From: a bacterium
Lineage (GTDB): Bacteria; Electryoneota; Electryoneia; Electryoneales; Electryoneaceae
DNA length: 64,000 bases
Assembly (NCBI GenBank): GCA_963669175.1
Contig: OY769902.1
Coordinates: forward strand, 3,456,001 to 3,520,000
Direction of reading: 5' to 3'
The notes beneath the pieces are model-generated. The model was not told where the DNA came from. It did no database searches and saw only the letters and a list, made by a program, of their open reading frames with translations. The first letter of the stretch is position 1, and every line of letters starts with the position of its first letter. This document shows positions 1 through 9,728 of this stretch, one piece after another. The translations under genes and the position numbers were made by a program.

Positions 1-92
1 TGGAAGGCCCGAACCAACATATGGATAAACTCTTCGACAAGGTTTGGGAAGCTCACATTAAGTCCGTATCCGGAAGTTACAAGGGCAGATAA
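1..92 (+). CDS. 3' end of an upstream CDS (partial, product unknown)
   Basis: Frame 3 is open (EGPNQHMDKLFDKVWEAHIKSVSGSYKGR*) and its TAA overlaps the next ATG (TAATG at 90-94), typical of translational coupling. Confidence 0.5.
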   Translation, partial: EGPNQHMDKLFDKVWEAHIKSVSGSYKGR

Positions 93-838
93 TGCCAACC
101 CCGAGAACCTACCAGCTTGAAAACCTGTTGTGGCGTGAAGTGCGTGATCTTGTCGATCAAGGCATCACTCGCATCTTGATCCCATGTGGAGCAACAGAAG
201 CTCATGGCGCGGCAGGGTTGGGCACGGACACCATTATTCCGACAGGATTGGCTGAAAAGTTAGCCCCACGTCTGAATGCACTTGTCGCCCCTGCTATTTT
301 CTATGGTGTGCTCGGTACGCTCCGCATGTATCCCGGCTCTGTCAGTTTGACCCAGGACACCTATGCGAAAATGCTGCTGGAGATCGGTGAAGGATTGGTC
401 AATACCGGGTTCAAGCAGCTCCTTTTCCTGAACGGACATTCCGGCAATGCTTCCGGCTTAAAATCAGCAGCCTCCACCCTGCACTACAAGCACGGCGTAC
501 AGGCGCTTGTCTATGAATGGTATGCTGAAGCATTCGCCGATGAAGATGCTATCTATGACCATCCCGGCGGCCACTCTGGCTCTGGTGAAACTGGAATGGT
601 ACTGGCGATCCGTCCCGAAGCCGCCCCGAATGACGCTTACAAACCGGAAGACGCCAACACGCTGAATCCAGCCGTACGCGCTTATCCCGGTCCCTATTCT
701 GTGATGCTGTATGAAGCGGACAAAGGACTCCCCGATTACGATCCTGCAAAAGCGGAGAAGCTGCTGGACGTGGTGACCGGTTATGCGGAACGCTCCCTCA
801 AAGACATCCTCAATCGCTGGGAATCGCTGGATATTTAG
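92..838 (+). CDS. Creatininase / creatinine amidohydrolase family protein
   Basis: Family motifs PCGATEAHG, GTD, NGHSGN and HSGSGET; 248 aa. Confidence 0.88.
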   Translation: MPTPRTYQLENLLWREVRDLVDQGITRILIPCGATEAHGAAGLGTDTIIPTGLAEKLAPRLNALVAPAIFYGVLGTLRMYPGSVSLTQDTYAKMLLEIGEGLVNTGFKQLLFLNGHSGNASGLKSAASTLHYKHGVQALVYEWYAEAFADEDAIYDHPGGHSGSGETGMVLAIRPEAAPNDAYKPEDANTLNPAVRAYPGPYSVMLYEADKGLPDYDPAKAEKLLDVVTGYAERSLKDILNRWESLDI

Positions 839-1029
839 CGGTTGCCTTATCCACTGAAGTAACAGCGATTTTACCCCTGCGGCTCATGCAGCAAGCAAGT
901 CATGCATGCTGTTTTTACTTCATCGCTGTTTAGAATGGGTAGACCACTGGTTGACAGCATATGATTAAGCGGAAAAGCTGTCAAATCACCTCGAAGTGGT
1001 GAAACTTGAATAGCGCGGGTGTGTAAACC

Positions 1030-1424
1030 CTGTCTCTTACCCACATCCTCTGAAAGCTTTATCAGCAAAAGGATTGTGGACATCGCATTTTTAGAATCCC
1101 GGCGGGATTCCCTATTTTAGCATAGTGTATAGGCCGTCTGTTTGGCCTGTACACTATGTCAGGATTTCTAACGAACAATCAACCCTGGAAGGGTTGCATA
1201 ATGAGCAGTCAATATTAGTTTATTCAATTATTGCAGGTAATAACGTAATTTATATCCTTTATAAATCAATTGGGTATCAATTATACTTTATGCAACCCTT
1301 TCAGGGTTGATATGAGGTTTGATCTTTAGCGTAGGGTAGGCGCTAAACAGACAGCGCCTACCCTACGCTAAAATATCCCACCCCCACGGGGTGGCAGAAA
1401 CACGAAGATGTGAGCAAGAAACAG
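1030..1424. mobile_element. 395-bp non-autonomous element (MITE), copy 1, with IS50/Tn5-like terminal inverted repeats
   Basis: Left end CTGTCTCTTACCCACATC; right end reads CTGTTTCTTGCTCACATC on the reverse strand; flanked by 10-bp direct repeat TGTGTAAACC (1020-1029 and 1425-1434); near-identical copy at 14624-15018; no transposase inside. Confidence 0.88.
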
Positions 1425-1742
1425 TGTGTAAACCCCGGGAATACAAGGATTACCACACCAATACCAATCGTCCCCGAAGGGTACGCACATCTGATGAGTC
1501 TATCAGAACCTTCCCGCTACAGATAGGAGGAATATTGTGACTGGGATTCTCTTATCCAGCAAAACAGCGAAGCCCCCATTTTTTCTCCTCATATTCATAC
1601 AATCGGATATCTTTAAGAAAAGTATTGCTTTTCATCAGCAACCTCAGGTAGTTTTCTTTGTAGCAAGAAGAAATAGCGGTCTATTGCATCTACACGTTTC
1701 GCCTGAAACAACTGATATTAACGTATTCTGACAGGCAGATCG

Positions 1743-2865
1743 ATGAAGCTTCCAACTCGCCTGACCCGGTTTTATCGCGTATTCCTGCCGTTACTTATTA
1801 CTCTGCTTTCTGGTGGCACTATACCACTCCCCCTCTTTGCCGAGTGGCTGCCTTCCGGAACGCAGGTAACTCCTTACAACAGCGCGATATACAGTCGCTT
1901 TGGCCTTGTGCCGGACAGTAGCGGTGGGTGTTACCTGGCGTATTTTACCAGTTACGATCCGGATGCTACAGGTGAACCTCGTTGCAAGGTACAGCATATT
2001 AACCGAAACGGCGAGGTGCTGTGGCCGGAAGAGGGCATCTTTGTCGCAGACCCCGACTCGATGTACGCGTTCTATTTTGGCGCTTGTGTTTCCGCACCGG
2101 GCGGGGGGCTCTATGTGGTGTTTGAGGGCAAACGCACCGAAGCAAGAAACAACGCAATCTGGATTCAACAGTTCTCCCCTGAAGGGGAACGTCTCTTCGG
2201 TCCCCGAGGCATTCAACTCACACTGAATGACTCCACAGAATACAATCATATGGATTCGCGATGGTGGCGCGCTACGGTTTCGGATGGAGTTGGTGGTGTT
2301 ATTGTCGGACATTATTACTCCAATGTTGTGAACGGGCAGTCTGTGCGACATATGATGGCGCACCGCGTCACCCCGGATGGTGAAGTGGCCTGGCGCAATG
2401 TCCGGGTGTCTCCTGATCTGGATGCCATGGTGGGAACCTGCCGCGCGGTTACATCGCCCTTCAGTGGTGTGGCTTTTTTTACGGAAATTCATGACAGCCT
2501 GATGGCGCGATTTGTCAATCTTAACGGGCAGGTTTTCTGGGAAAACAATCCGACGATCATTCACAGTGAAATCTATGATGAAGAACATGAGCGTTTTTAC
2601 AGTTGCCATTCTTACAATGTAGTGGCTTTTCCCAATGGCGGGTATTGTATCGGCAATGGAAGCGTGGATGAGCTTCGTTACTTCTATATTGGACCGGACG
2701 GACTGGTCTGGAATGGTCCCCACGGAACCCTCCTTCTCAGCGGACAGTTATCTGATGATCCGTCATTCGATGTACAGTGTTTTACAGGCAATGCTGATAT
2801 CGCAACAGATGGTTTTTTTGTATATATCGTATGTTTGACATTTAATCCTGAAATAACATATTTAA
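1743..2865 (+). pseudogene. 5' part of an IS-interrupted secreted protein gene (beta-rich repeats, C-terminal sorting domain in the 3' part)
   Basis: Signal peptide and repeated 'DGxGG...Q.I..xG...W' blades. Removing 2866-4333 joins ...PEITYL to NHLYICSYDGQ... in frame, giving a 597-aa protein. Confidence 0.85.
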
Positions 2866-4326
2866 CTCGGTTTTGTTGAATTACTCAGGTCTTGCAAAAA
2901 GTAAAAGGCATGGTTCATTTTACAACCAAGAAGACGCCAAATCTCTTCAGTTGTAAAGGAGATAACCATGCCTGTCATAACATCGTCATTTTTTGAGTTA
3001 CTTGCAAGTTTTCGTCCGGTGTTTCGGAAGCCTGTTTATGAGAATTTTGTACTGTTGGCTATCGGCGCTGTATTGAATTTCGGTCGTCAGACAGTCTGTC
3101 AGTTATTACGTGTATTTCCCGGACCGGTAGCGAAGAGTTGGTCTTGTTATCACCATTTTCTTTCGTCTGCCAACTGGTCCGCCCTGAAACTGGCAAAGAT
3201 TCTCTGCTCTTTGATACTTGATCAGATTGCCGAACGTGATCCGATCCTTCTGATCGTGGATGATACCCTGATCCGTCGTTGGGGAAAGCATGTTTACCAG
3301 ATATCCGTTCACCGCGATCCCGTCCGTTCGGGCAAAGCAGGGACAAAAGTCGTTTATGCTCGCGGTCTTCAATGGATGGTGATTTCGATTGGTTTGCGCA
3401 CCCGTTATCGTTCGCAGATCTGGGCGCTTCCTGTATTCGTGTTTCCGGAGATCGCCAAAAAGCGTGTTCCGGAATCGAAGTACCGCAGTCCTGTACACCT
3501 GATCATTCTCGGGGCGCGTCTGCTGCTTCGATGGTTCCCGGACCGCCGTTTCCTTATCCTTGCCGACGGTACGTTGAACTCCCACGAACTTCACCGTTTC
3601 GTGGCGAAAGAGAACCGTCTTGCTATCATCGGGCATTCGCGTATGGATACGGTGCTGCATGATCCGCCGCCTCCACCGAACGGGAAACGTGGACGTCCGC
3701 GCAAAGTCGGTGACCGTTTGCCCGCACCGGGACAAGAGGCGAAAAAGCCGGATGCTGCCTGGGAAAAAGCGTCTTGCCTCTGGTATGGGAACAAGACAAA
3801 AGACCTGTTGCTGCTTTCCGGTGTTGGCTGCTGGTACCGTTCCGGGGAAGATGTTGTCCTGATACGCTGGGTGGTGGCGCGTGATCCCGACGGCAAAAAC
3901 AAGGACATTGTCTTATCTACATCCAAAACAGACTTAACCCCGGCCCAGGTTGTCAGCTCATATGTACGACGATGGGCGTTGGAAACCACGTTTGAAGAGT
4001 CACGGAAACATCTGCGTATCGAAACGACAGAAAACTGGTCAAAAAAATCGATTCAAAGAACAGTGCCCCTGCTGTTTGGCTTGTTCAGTCTGATGGTTGT
4101 TTGGTATAGTCAGCAGCCAGAGCAGAAAGCTGTTGCGCAAACAGAGTGGTACACAAAACTGGAACCCAGTTTCTCAGACGTGCATCAGGCATTGCGTGCT
4201 GAATTGTGGATGCAGGCGATTTTTCCCGAATGCAAGCAGCCACGCGGATTCTTAAAAAAGAAAAGCAATATCCTTAAATTCCTTATTCACAAAGCCGCTT
4301 GATCCGCTAAAATGAGCAAAACCGAG
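2866..4326 (+). mobile_element. Insertion sequence (IS4/IS701-like DDE), 1461 bp
   Basis: Imperfect terminal inverted repeats CTCGGTTTTGTTGAATT / AATGAGCAAAACCGAG; 7-bp direct repeat TATTTAA at 2859-2865 and 4327-4333; one transposase ORF. Confidence 0.9.
2968..4302 (+). CDS. DDE transposase (IS4/IS701-like)
   Basis: Motifs IVDDT, LADG and YVRRWALETTFEESRKHL (Y-2-R-3-E signature); AAGGAG RBS upstream; intact 444 aa. Confidence 0.9.
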   Translation: MPVITSSFFELLASFRPVFRKPVYENFVLLAIGAVLNFGRQTVCQLLRVFPGPVAKSWSCYHHFLSSANWSALKLAKILCSLILDQIAERDPILLIVDDTLIRRWGKHVYQISVHRDPVRSGKAGTKVVYARGLQWMVISIGLRTRYRSQIWALPVFVFPEIAKKRVPESKYRSPVHLIILGARLLLRWFPDRRFLILADGTLNSHELHRFVAKENRLAIIGHSRMDTVLHDPPPPPNGKRGRPRKVGDRLPAPGQEAKKPDAAWEKASCLWYGNKTKDLLLLSGVGCWYRSGEDVVLIRWVVARDPDGKNKDIVLSTSKTDLTPAQVVSSYVRRWALETTFEESRKHLRIETTENWSKKSIQRTVPLLFGLFSLMVVWYSQQPEQKAVAQTEWYTKLEPSFSDVHQALRAELWMQAIFPECKQPRGFLKKKSNILKFLIHKAA

Positions 4327-4333
4327 TATTTAA

Positions 4334-5004
4334 ATCATCTATATATATGTTCCTACGATGGTCAACCGTTATACCCGTCCCCATGGGATGTAGGTGAAGT
4401 TACTTATGCTCATGCAACACAAATGTTTGCCGAACCCTATTATCAGTTATTTACTTTCAGGGACCAGCGTGGTCAAATATTCCCATATGCGCAGATGGTA
4501 TCCCGGGCGGGAGAACTTCCCTGGGGTATTGAAGCGGATTCTTTATGTAATCCCGCTATCTATCCAGCAGACCGATTATGTACAATAAAAAGCGCTCCGG
4601 ATACATTTCTGACGGCTTGGTATTGTGCCTATCAATCTGATGGTAGCTATTTCGGCGCATTCCTGATGACACAAACGGTGGTTTCCGAAGAAGACTACCC
4701 GGTACAAGAGTCACCAAACATAGTTAACTCTCCCAGGGCTTTTTCGATTGTAAATGCCTACCCTGATCCCTTCAACTCATCGGTAACCGTACAGTATGAC
4801 ATTGATGCGCCGGGCCGGTATGAATTCACCGTGTTCAATCTCCTCGGTGAAAGCGTGTACAAAGACACAATACAGGTATCCCAATCCGGCCGGGGAAACT
4901 GGCGCTGGCAGGCGAACGAGTATGCTTCTGGTGTGTACCTGGTTCAACTTCGCAGCCTTGCAACTAAGGCAACCGTAGCAAGAAAAGTAACGCTGGTTCG
5001 ATAG
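4334..5004 (+). pseudogene. 3' part of the IS-interrupted secreted protein, with T9SS-type C-terminal sorting domain
   Basis: AYPDPFNSS...FNLLGE...ASGVYLVQL...RKVTLVR*; in frame with 1743-2865 once the IS is removed. Confidence 0.85.
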
Positions 5005-5302
5005 AAGCGTATCCCGATGCGCTCAAGAGTATCGGATAGAATGGAAGATGGACCGGTTGTATCGATGACGTGGTGAGAGTGGAAGCAGCCTCACGTGCGA
5101 ATCGGGCCAGCCGTCATTGCAGGAAAAGTCACGCTGGTTCGATAAACTCGCGCTGCACTTGTTGAGCAAATCGGGAACTGTGTAGATACCTAATAGCTGA
5201 TGTACTGAACATCAAGATCCCAGTTCAACAGGCAGTATCAGAATGCAAATGAAAGTGTAGCCTATTCTGATTTAGTCTGTTAAACCGGTGATGATAAATT
5301 GA

Positions 5303-5326
5303 AACGCCCCACCAAAGCGGGGCGTT
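5303..5326 (-). terminator. Probable intrinsic terminator downstream of gdhA
   Basis: AACGCCCC/GGGGCGTT stem about 20 nt after the gdhA stop, followed by a T-rich tract on the - strand. Confidence 0.55.
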
Positions 5327-5348
5327 GAAAATTCTCTTCAGGGTAATC

Positions 5349-6698
5349 TTACGCGTACAGGCCACGAAGTTCCGCAGCGCGTGTGACACGACGGATCGCC
5401 ACGATAAAGGCGGCGGTACGAAGCGGCACATTGTACTCGAGCGATGTGTCGAGCACAACCTTGAAACCGTTGTCCATGTAACGCTTCAGGTCTTCATAAA
5501 CACGTTCCGCTGACCAGTAATAGCCCATACGGTTCTGCACCCACTCGAAATAGCTGACTGTCACGCCACCGGCATTGCAAAGGATATCCGGAATGACCAT
5601 GACGCCTTTTTCTTCCAGGATGTCATCCGCTTCCGGGGTACAGGGACCGTTGGCGGCTTCTGCGATGATCTTTGCCTTGATCTTGCCAGCGTTGTCGGCA
5701 GTGATCTGGTTTTCCAGGGCGGCCGGGATCAGGATATCCACATCCTGCTCGAACAACAACTGGGGATCATCCAACTTGCGAACGCCCAGTTCCGGCACGT
5801 TTTCCGCATTGTTCAGGGTCTTGTTCGAAACCACGTAATCGTACGCGGCCGGGACATTGATGCCTTTTTCGGATGTAGCGGCAAATGCGCCATCCACATC
5901 ACTGATGGCCATGACTATTGCGCCCATATCATCCAAGATCTTGGCGGCGTTTGCACCGGCATTGCCGAATCCCTGGATAGCGACTTTCGCACCCTTCAGC
6001 TCGATGCCAAGATGTTTCAATGCACCGATAATGGTTAATACAACACCCTGTGCAGTTGCGGTGGCGCGACCTTCGCTTCCACCCAACTCCAGCGGCTTGC
6101 CTGTCACAACAGCCGGAATCCAGTCGCCACCCTTATGCATGGAATAGGTATCTTCAAACCAGGCCATCACCTGGGGATTGGTATTAACATCCGGTGCGGG
6201 AACATCGCGGTCCGGTCCGAAAATCTCAACCAGTTCCGCGAAATAACGACGGCTCAAGCGTTCCAGTTCACCAAGCGACATTTCACGCGGATCACAAATG
6301 ACGCCACCTTTACCGCCACCCATCGGAATACCAACCGTCGCGCACTTGAAAGTCATCCAGAAAGCGAGCGCTTTGACCTCGTCCAAATCGACATTGTGGT
6401 GGAAGCGAACGCCACCTTTTGCCGGACCACGAGCGATGCTGTGCTGGACACGATAGCCTTTGAAGATCCCGATCTTACCGTCATCCATGCGAACGGGAAG
6501 TTTGACTTCGATGATGCGGCGCGGCTCCTTGATCATAGCGATCTGATCACTGTCCAGCTTCAGGATTTCTGCTGCACGGTCAAACTGTTTTAAAGCATTA
6601 TCGAAAGCGCTGGCATGATTTGTCTGCACCATGCCCTTGAGATGTCGTTCGTAGGCTTGATCGCGAAGCTCACCAGCGATGCCCCTGTTCTTGGTCAT
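5349..6698 (-). CDS. gdhA: Glutamate dehydrogenase (Glu/Leu/Phe/Val dehydrogenase family)
   Basis: RGPAKGGVRFH, GGGKGG, DVPAPDVNT, GGSEGR, QGFGNAG, NAGGVTVSYFEW; start set at ATG 6698 (TAAGGAG RBS). Confidence 0.93.
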   Translation of the reverse strand: MTKNRGIAGELRDQAYERHLKGMVQTNHASAFDNALKQFDRAAEILKLDSDQIAMIKEPRRIIEVKLPVRMDDGKIGIFKGYRVQHSIARGPAKGGVRFHHNVDLDEVKALAFWMTFKCATVGIPMGGGKGGVICDPREMSLGELERLSRRYFAELVEIFGPDRDVPAPDVNTNPQVMAWFEDTYSMHKGGDWIPAVVTGKPLELGGSEGRATATAQGVVLTIIGALKHLGIELKGAKVAIQGFGNAGANAAKILDDMGAIVMAISDVDGAFAATSEKGINVPAAYDYVVSNKTLNNAENVPELGVRKLDDPQLLFEQDVDILIPAALENQITADNAGKIKAKIIAEAANGPCTPEADDILEEKGVMVIPDILCNAGGVTVSYFEWVQNRMGYYWSAERVYEDLKRYMDNGFKVVLDTSLEYNVPLRTAAFIVAIRRVTRAAELRGLYA

Positions 6699-6991
6699 GA
6701 TCTTCTCCTTAACTCCACGTAAAAATAAAGCTACCGGCTCAGGCAGCTTTTCAATGCAAACACCGACAAACAAATGAAACGTATCCCGGCATAGCTTACC
6801 TACCGGAGATTATACCGCGAATATGCCCGATTCAACGAGGCTATGCGAAGTAAGCTTGTGATGAGAGCCCAAGAGCCTTACCCAAGAAAAACCGCGAAGA
6901 ATCATGGCTCGCATTGCACAATTTGACATCCGGTCGCTATACTACTTTGTTATAGATCGGAGCTGATTTCTTTACCATAGCGGAGGCCTAC

Positions 6992-9442
6992 ATGAAGAAG
7001 AAGTTCGTCCTGTTGTTGGCTGTATCCTTGTTATGTTTCGTTGCAGGAAATAGTATTGCTTACGAAGATCTGGTTGCTCCGGTAAAATGCATCGAAACAG
7101 GCGCTCGGAGTGTCGGGGGGGCGCTTCCTGTAAACGAGTTGGATGAAGACTCTACCCTCTTTGAAGACAATTTCGAAGGGGAAAATCTCTGGGAAGCCTA
7201 CGACTACACTACCACTCCAGCAAAGTGGCACATTGATGATTGGAATGCGTACGGCCAGTTAAACTCCTGGTGGTGCGGCGAAGAACGTGTCGTTAATGGC
7301 GAGACCATTTACGGATACAACAACGCCTGGTTGCAATACTTGGAAACGCCGTCGCTGGACTTGAGCAATGCTGATGAATCCACACTGGAACTCGATTTTG
7401 AGATGCAGTACGGTTCTGAAGATGGCGTCCCGCAGAATGAAGATTATGACGGCTGGGATGGCGGCACAGTCTTCTATTCCATGGATGGCGGCACAACCTG
7501 GGAAGTCCTTCCGAATCCCTCCGTTGAGTACAACGCAACATCCCTTTACTCTTTCGGTGGCACTCATGATTTGGGCCCCGGGATCGCAGGCTGGCGCGGC
7601 GAATCCGACGGATGGGAAAACTGCACCTATGATCTTGGCGACTTGGCCGGAGAATCGGATGTACGCTTCCGTTTTGCCTTTGCATCGGACGCAGGTGTCA
7701 ATACGGAAGGCCACCCGGAATGGTTCGGCTTCCAGATTGATGAGATTTCTGTTGTTGATGACAACAACGATTATCTCACCAATGATGCAGATGGCACAGC
7801 AACCCCGGAAGAGTTCACGCCGCTGGATCAGGTTGGCGCGGATGTCAACTTTGAACTTCAGGAAGATGAATACGCCAGCCCGACTCATGCCTGGTGGTGT
7901 GGACCTGGCCATGATCTGTTCTCAGTACTGATCTCACCGGAAGTTGAACTGATTGAAGGCTGGCGGCATTTCATCCAGTTCCAGCTTTATTGCGATCTTC
8001 CCGACAGTGATGGCGACGAGGACAATTCACTGGAAGACTACTACCAGTTGGAAATATCGGATGACGGTGGCAGTCACTGGGAACGTCTCGCCTACGATTA
8101 CGGCTACAACGGTTCGGATGAAGGTTGGGTGCTTCGTGACAGCATGCTGAATAACGAAGCTGCAAGCGTACCAATTGAAATCCCGATTGCTTATGCGGGT
8201 TCTTCCGTGCGTTTCCGGTTCCGCATTATCACGGATGATAACGATGATGGCGGTGTTGGTACAGGTCTCTACATCGATGACTTCACGGTCATCGCCAACT
8301 CCGGTTTTGATCATGATGTGGGTGTTGAACAGGTACGTATTCCGTTCCCTGTCACCCAGGGTGAACTGGTTCCCTGCTGGGCGGAAATCCGTAATTACGG
8401 GAACAATGAAGAGACCTTCAACGCCATGTGGCGTTTGGGTACTCAACCCTATCCCCTGTTGAGCGGACAGACATTGGCTTCACGTGACAGCATAGTGGTG
8501 TGGATGAGCGCTGATGGCGAAGAAGAAGGTTGGACCCCAACCCAGCCTGGTGAATTCACCATTACCGTCCAGACACTATTGGGTGATGATTACGCGGACA
8601 ACAACAACTCTGAAGAATACCCGGTGACAGTGCAACCAGTCGGCACCTATGAGTATGGTTTTGACGACCGTCTCCCCACTCGCACCACCTCTGCATTCCA
8701 GACTGGTGAAGGCCCGGCGACACATTTCAATACGTTTGATTATGATCGCGGTCCTTTCCACAGTTCATTATTCATTGCTGAAGAAGTACATGTTCTCTGG
8801 AATGGTGATCTGGACGAGGGCGAAACTGTGGACGTGCGTCTGCATATCCTGGACGACAGCGGCGATGATGCCCCTGGCGCTGAAATATTCTCTGAGGATT
8901 ATACCGTTGAATCCGGTATCATTAATCCAGAGTGGCATGTAATTGACCTTAGTGGCGAAGACGTGGTCATTTCCGGCAAAGCCTGGGTATGGTTTGAATT
9001 GCTGGAAGAAGGCGATGATCCGAAACCGCATATCGTCTTCTCGCCGGGTGATGTATACCCTGACAACCACTTTGGGTACGATGGCACCGATTTAAGCGCG
9101 CCTTCCGGTGATTGGATGATTCGTATGGTAGGCACCTATGAGTACGGTGTCGATGATGACATCCAATCATCCTTGCCGGGTAGCTTCGCACTTCATGCCG
9201 CTTATCCGAACCCATTCAATCCGACTACACGCCTTGGCTTTGATTTGCCTCAGGCCGCTTCAGTACGGTTGGCCGTGTTCGATGTGCTGGGACGTGAGGT
9301 AGCGTCGTTACTGAGTGGTTCCATGCAGGCCGGACGTCACAATGTGACCTTCGATGGCAGCGGTCTTGCTTCCGGCTTGTACTTCGCACGCCTTGAAGCT
9401 GACGGACACGTATTTACCGAAAAGATCATGTTGGTGAAGTAA
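6992..9442 (+). CDS. Large acidic secreted protein: jelly-roll/MAM-like domains, CARDB-like domain, T9SS-type C-terminal sorting domain
   Basis: Signal peptide; repeated 'S.DGG.TW...RFRF.SD...G..ID' modules; DVGVEQV...NYG...DN; C-terminus AYPNPFNPTT...GLYFARL...KIMLVK; GGAGG RBS. Confidence 0.8.
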   Translation: MKKKFVLLLAVSLLCFVAGNSIAYEDLVAPVKCIETGARSVGGALPVNELDEDSTLFEDNFEGENLWEAYDYTTTPAKWHIDDWNAYGQLNSWWCGEERVVNGETIYGYNNAWLQYLETPSLDLSNADESTLELDFEMQYGSEDGVPQNEDYDGWDGGTVFYSMDGGTTWEVLPNPSVEYNATSLYSFGGTHDLGPGIAGWRGESDGWENCTYDLGDLAGESDVRFRFAFASDAGVNTEGHPEWFGFQIDEISVVDDNNDYLTNDADGTATPEEFTPLDQVGADVNFELQEDEYASPTHAWWCGPGHDLFSVLISPEVELIEGWRHFIQFQLYCDLPDSDGDEDNSLEDYYQLEISDDGGSHWERLAYDYGYNGSDEGWVLRDSMLNNEAASVPIEIPIAYAGSSVRFRFRIITDDNDDGGVGTGLYIDDFTVIANSGFDHDVGVEQVRIPFPVTQGELVPCWAEIRNYGNNEETFNAMWRLGTQPYPLLSGQTLASRDSIVVWMSADGEEEGWTPTQPGEFTITVQTLLGDDYADNNNSEEYPVTVQPVGTYEYGFDDRLPTRTTSAFQTGEGPATHFNTFDYDRGPFHSSLFIAEEVHVLWNGDLDEGETVDVRLHILDDSGDDAPGAEIFSEDYTVESGIINPEWHVIDLSGEDVVISGKAWVWFELLEEGDDPKPHIVFSPGDVYPDNHFGYDGTDLSAPSGDWMIRMVGTYEYGVDDDIQSSLPGSFALHAAYPNPFNPTTRLGFDLPQAASVRLAVFDVLGREVASLLSGSMQAGRHNVTFDGSGLASGLYFARLEADGHVFTEKIMLVK

Positions 9443-9464
9443 AGAGAAAGACTTCGAAAATCCC

Positions 9465-9495
9465 GGGACAGGCCTGAACTGGTCTGTCCCTTTTT
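9465..9495 (+). terminator. Intrinsic terminator
   Basis: GGGACAGGCC/GGTCTGTCCC stem plus TTTTT after the 6992-9442 stop. Confidence 0.7.
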
Positions 9496-9626
9496 CGTTT
9501 CAGGATATGGCAGTTCTCGAAAGAAATATCGCATGTTTATGAAGTCAGATTGAGATAGTCAACGGTTTGATCTCAAACTCACACTTCACTGATGCGACAT
9601 TGTTTCCAATACATGCCCATACATTT

Positions 9627-9666
9627 GAAAAGCGCCGGTGTGGGAAACACCGGCGCTTGTTTTTTC
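9627..9666. terminator. Probable bidirectional intrinsic terminator downstream of the TonB-dependent receptor
   Basis: Perfect 12-bp stem AAGCGCCGGTGT/ACACCGGCGCTT flanked by A and T runs. Confidence 0.7.
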
Positions 9667-9728
9667 TGCCTGTTGCTGCTGGAAGGAGTGGTTGGCGCCT
9701 GCGCTGAGCAACAGGACTGGGGAACAGA

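Noticed and set aside
1030-1048. Nextera/Tn5 adapter contamination
   Set aside because: The ends differ from the mosaic end at 2-4 positions, occur as inverted pairs around the same 395-bp interior, and have 10-bp target duplications; no adapter sequence follows.
1125-1310. 61-aa ORF present in both MITE copies (also 14719-14904)
   Set aside because: GTG start inside a hairpin, no RBS, runs through palindromes and an AT-rich spacer; conservation is explained by element identity.
1490-1510. Hammerhead ribozyme core (CTGATGAG)
   Set aside because: No properly placed GAAA or supporting stems; it is a short local hairpin.
2968-4302. This transposase as the mobiliser of the MITEs
   Set aside because: Its ends (CTCGGTTTTG) and 7-bp TSD differ from the MITE ends (CTGTCTCTT) and 10-bp TSD.
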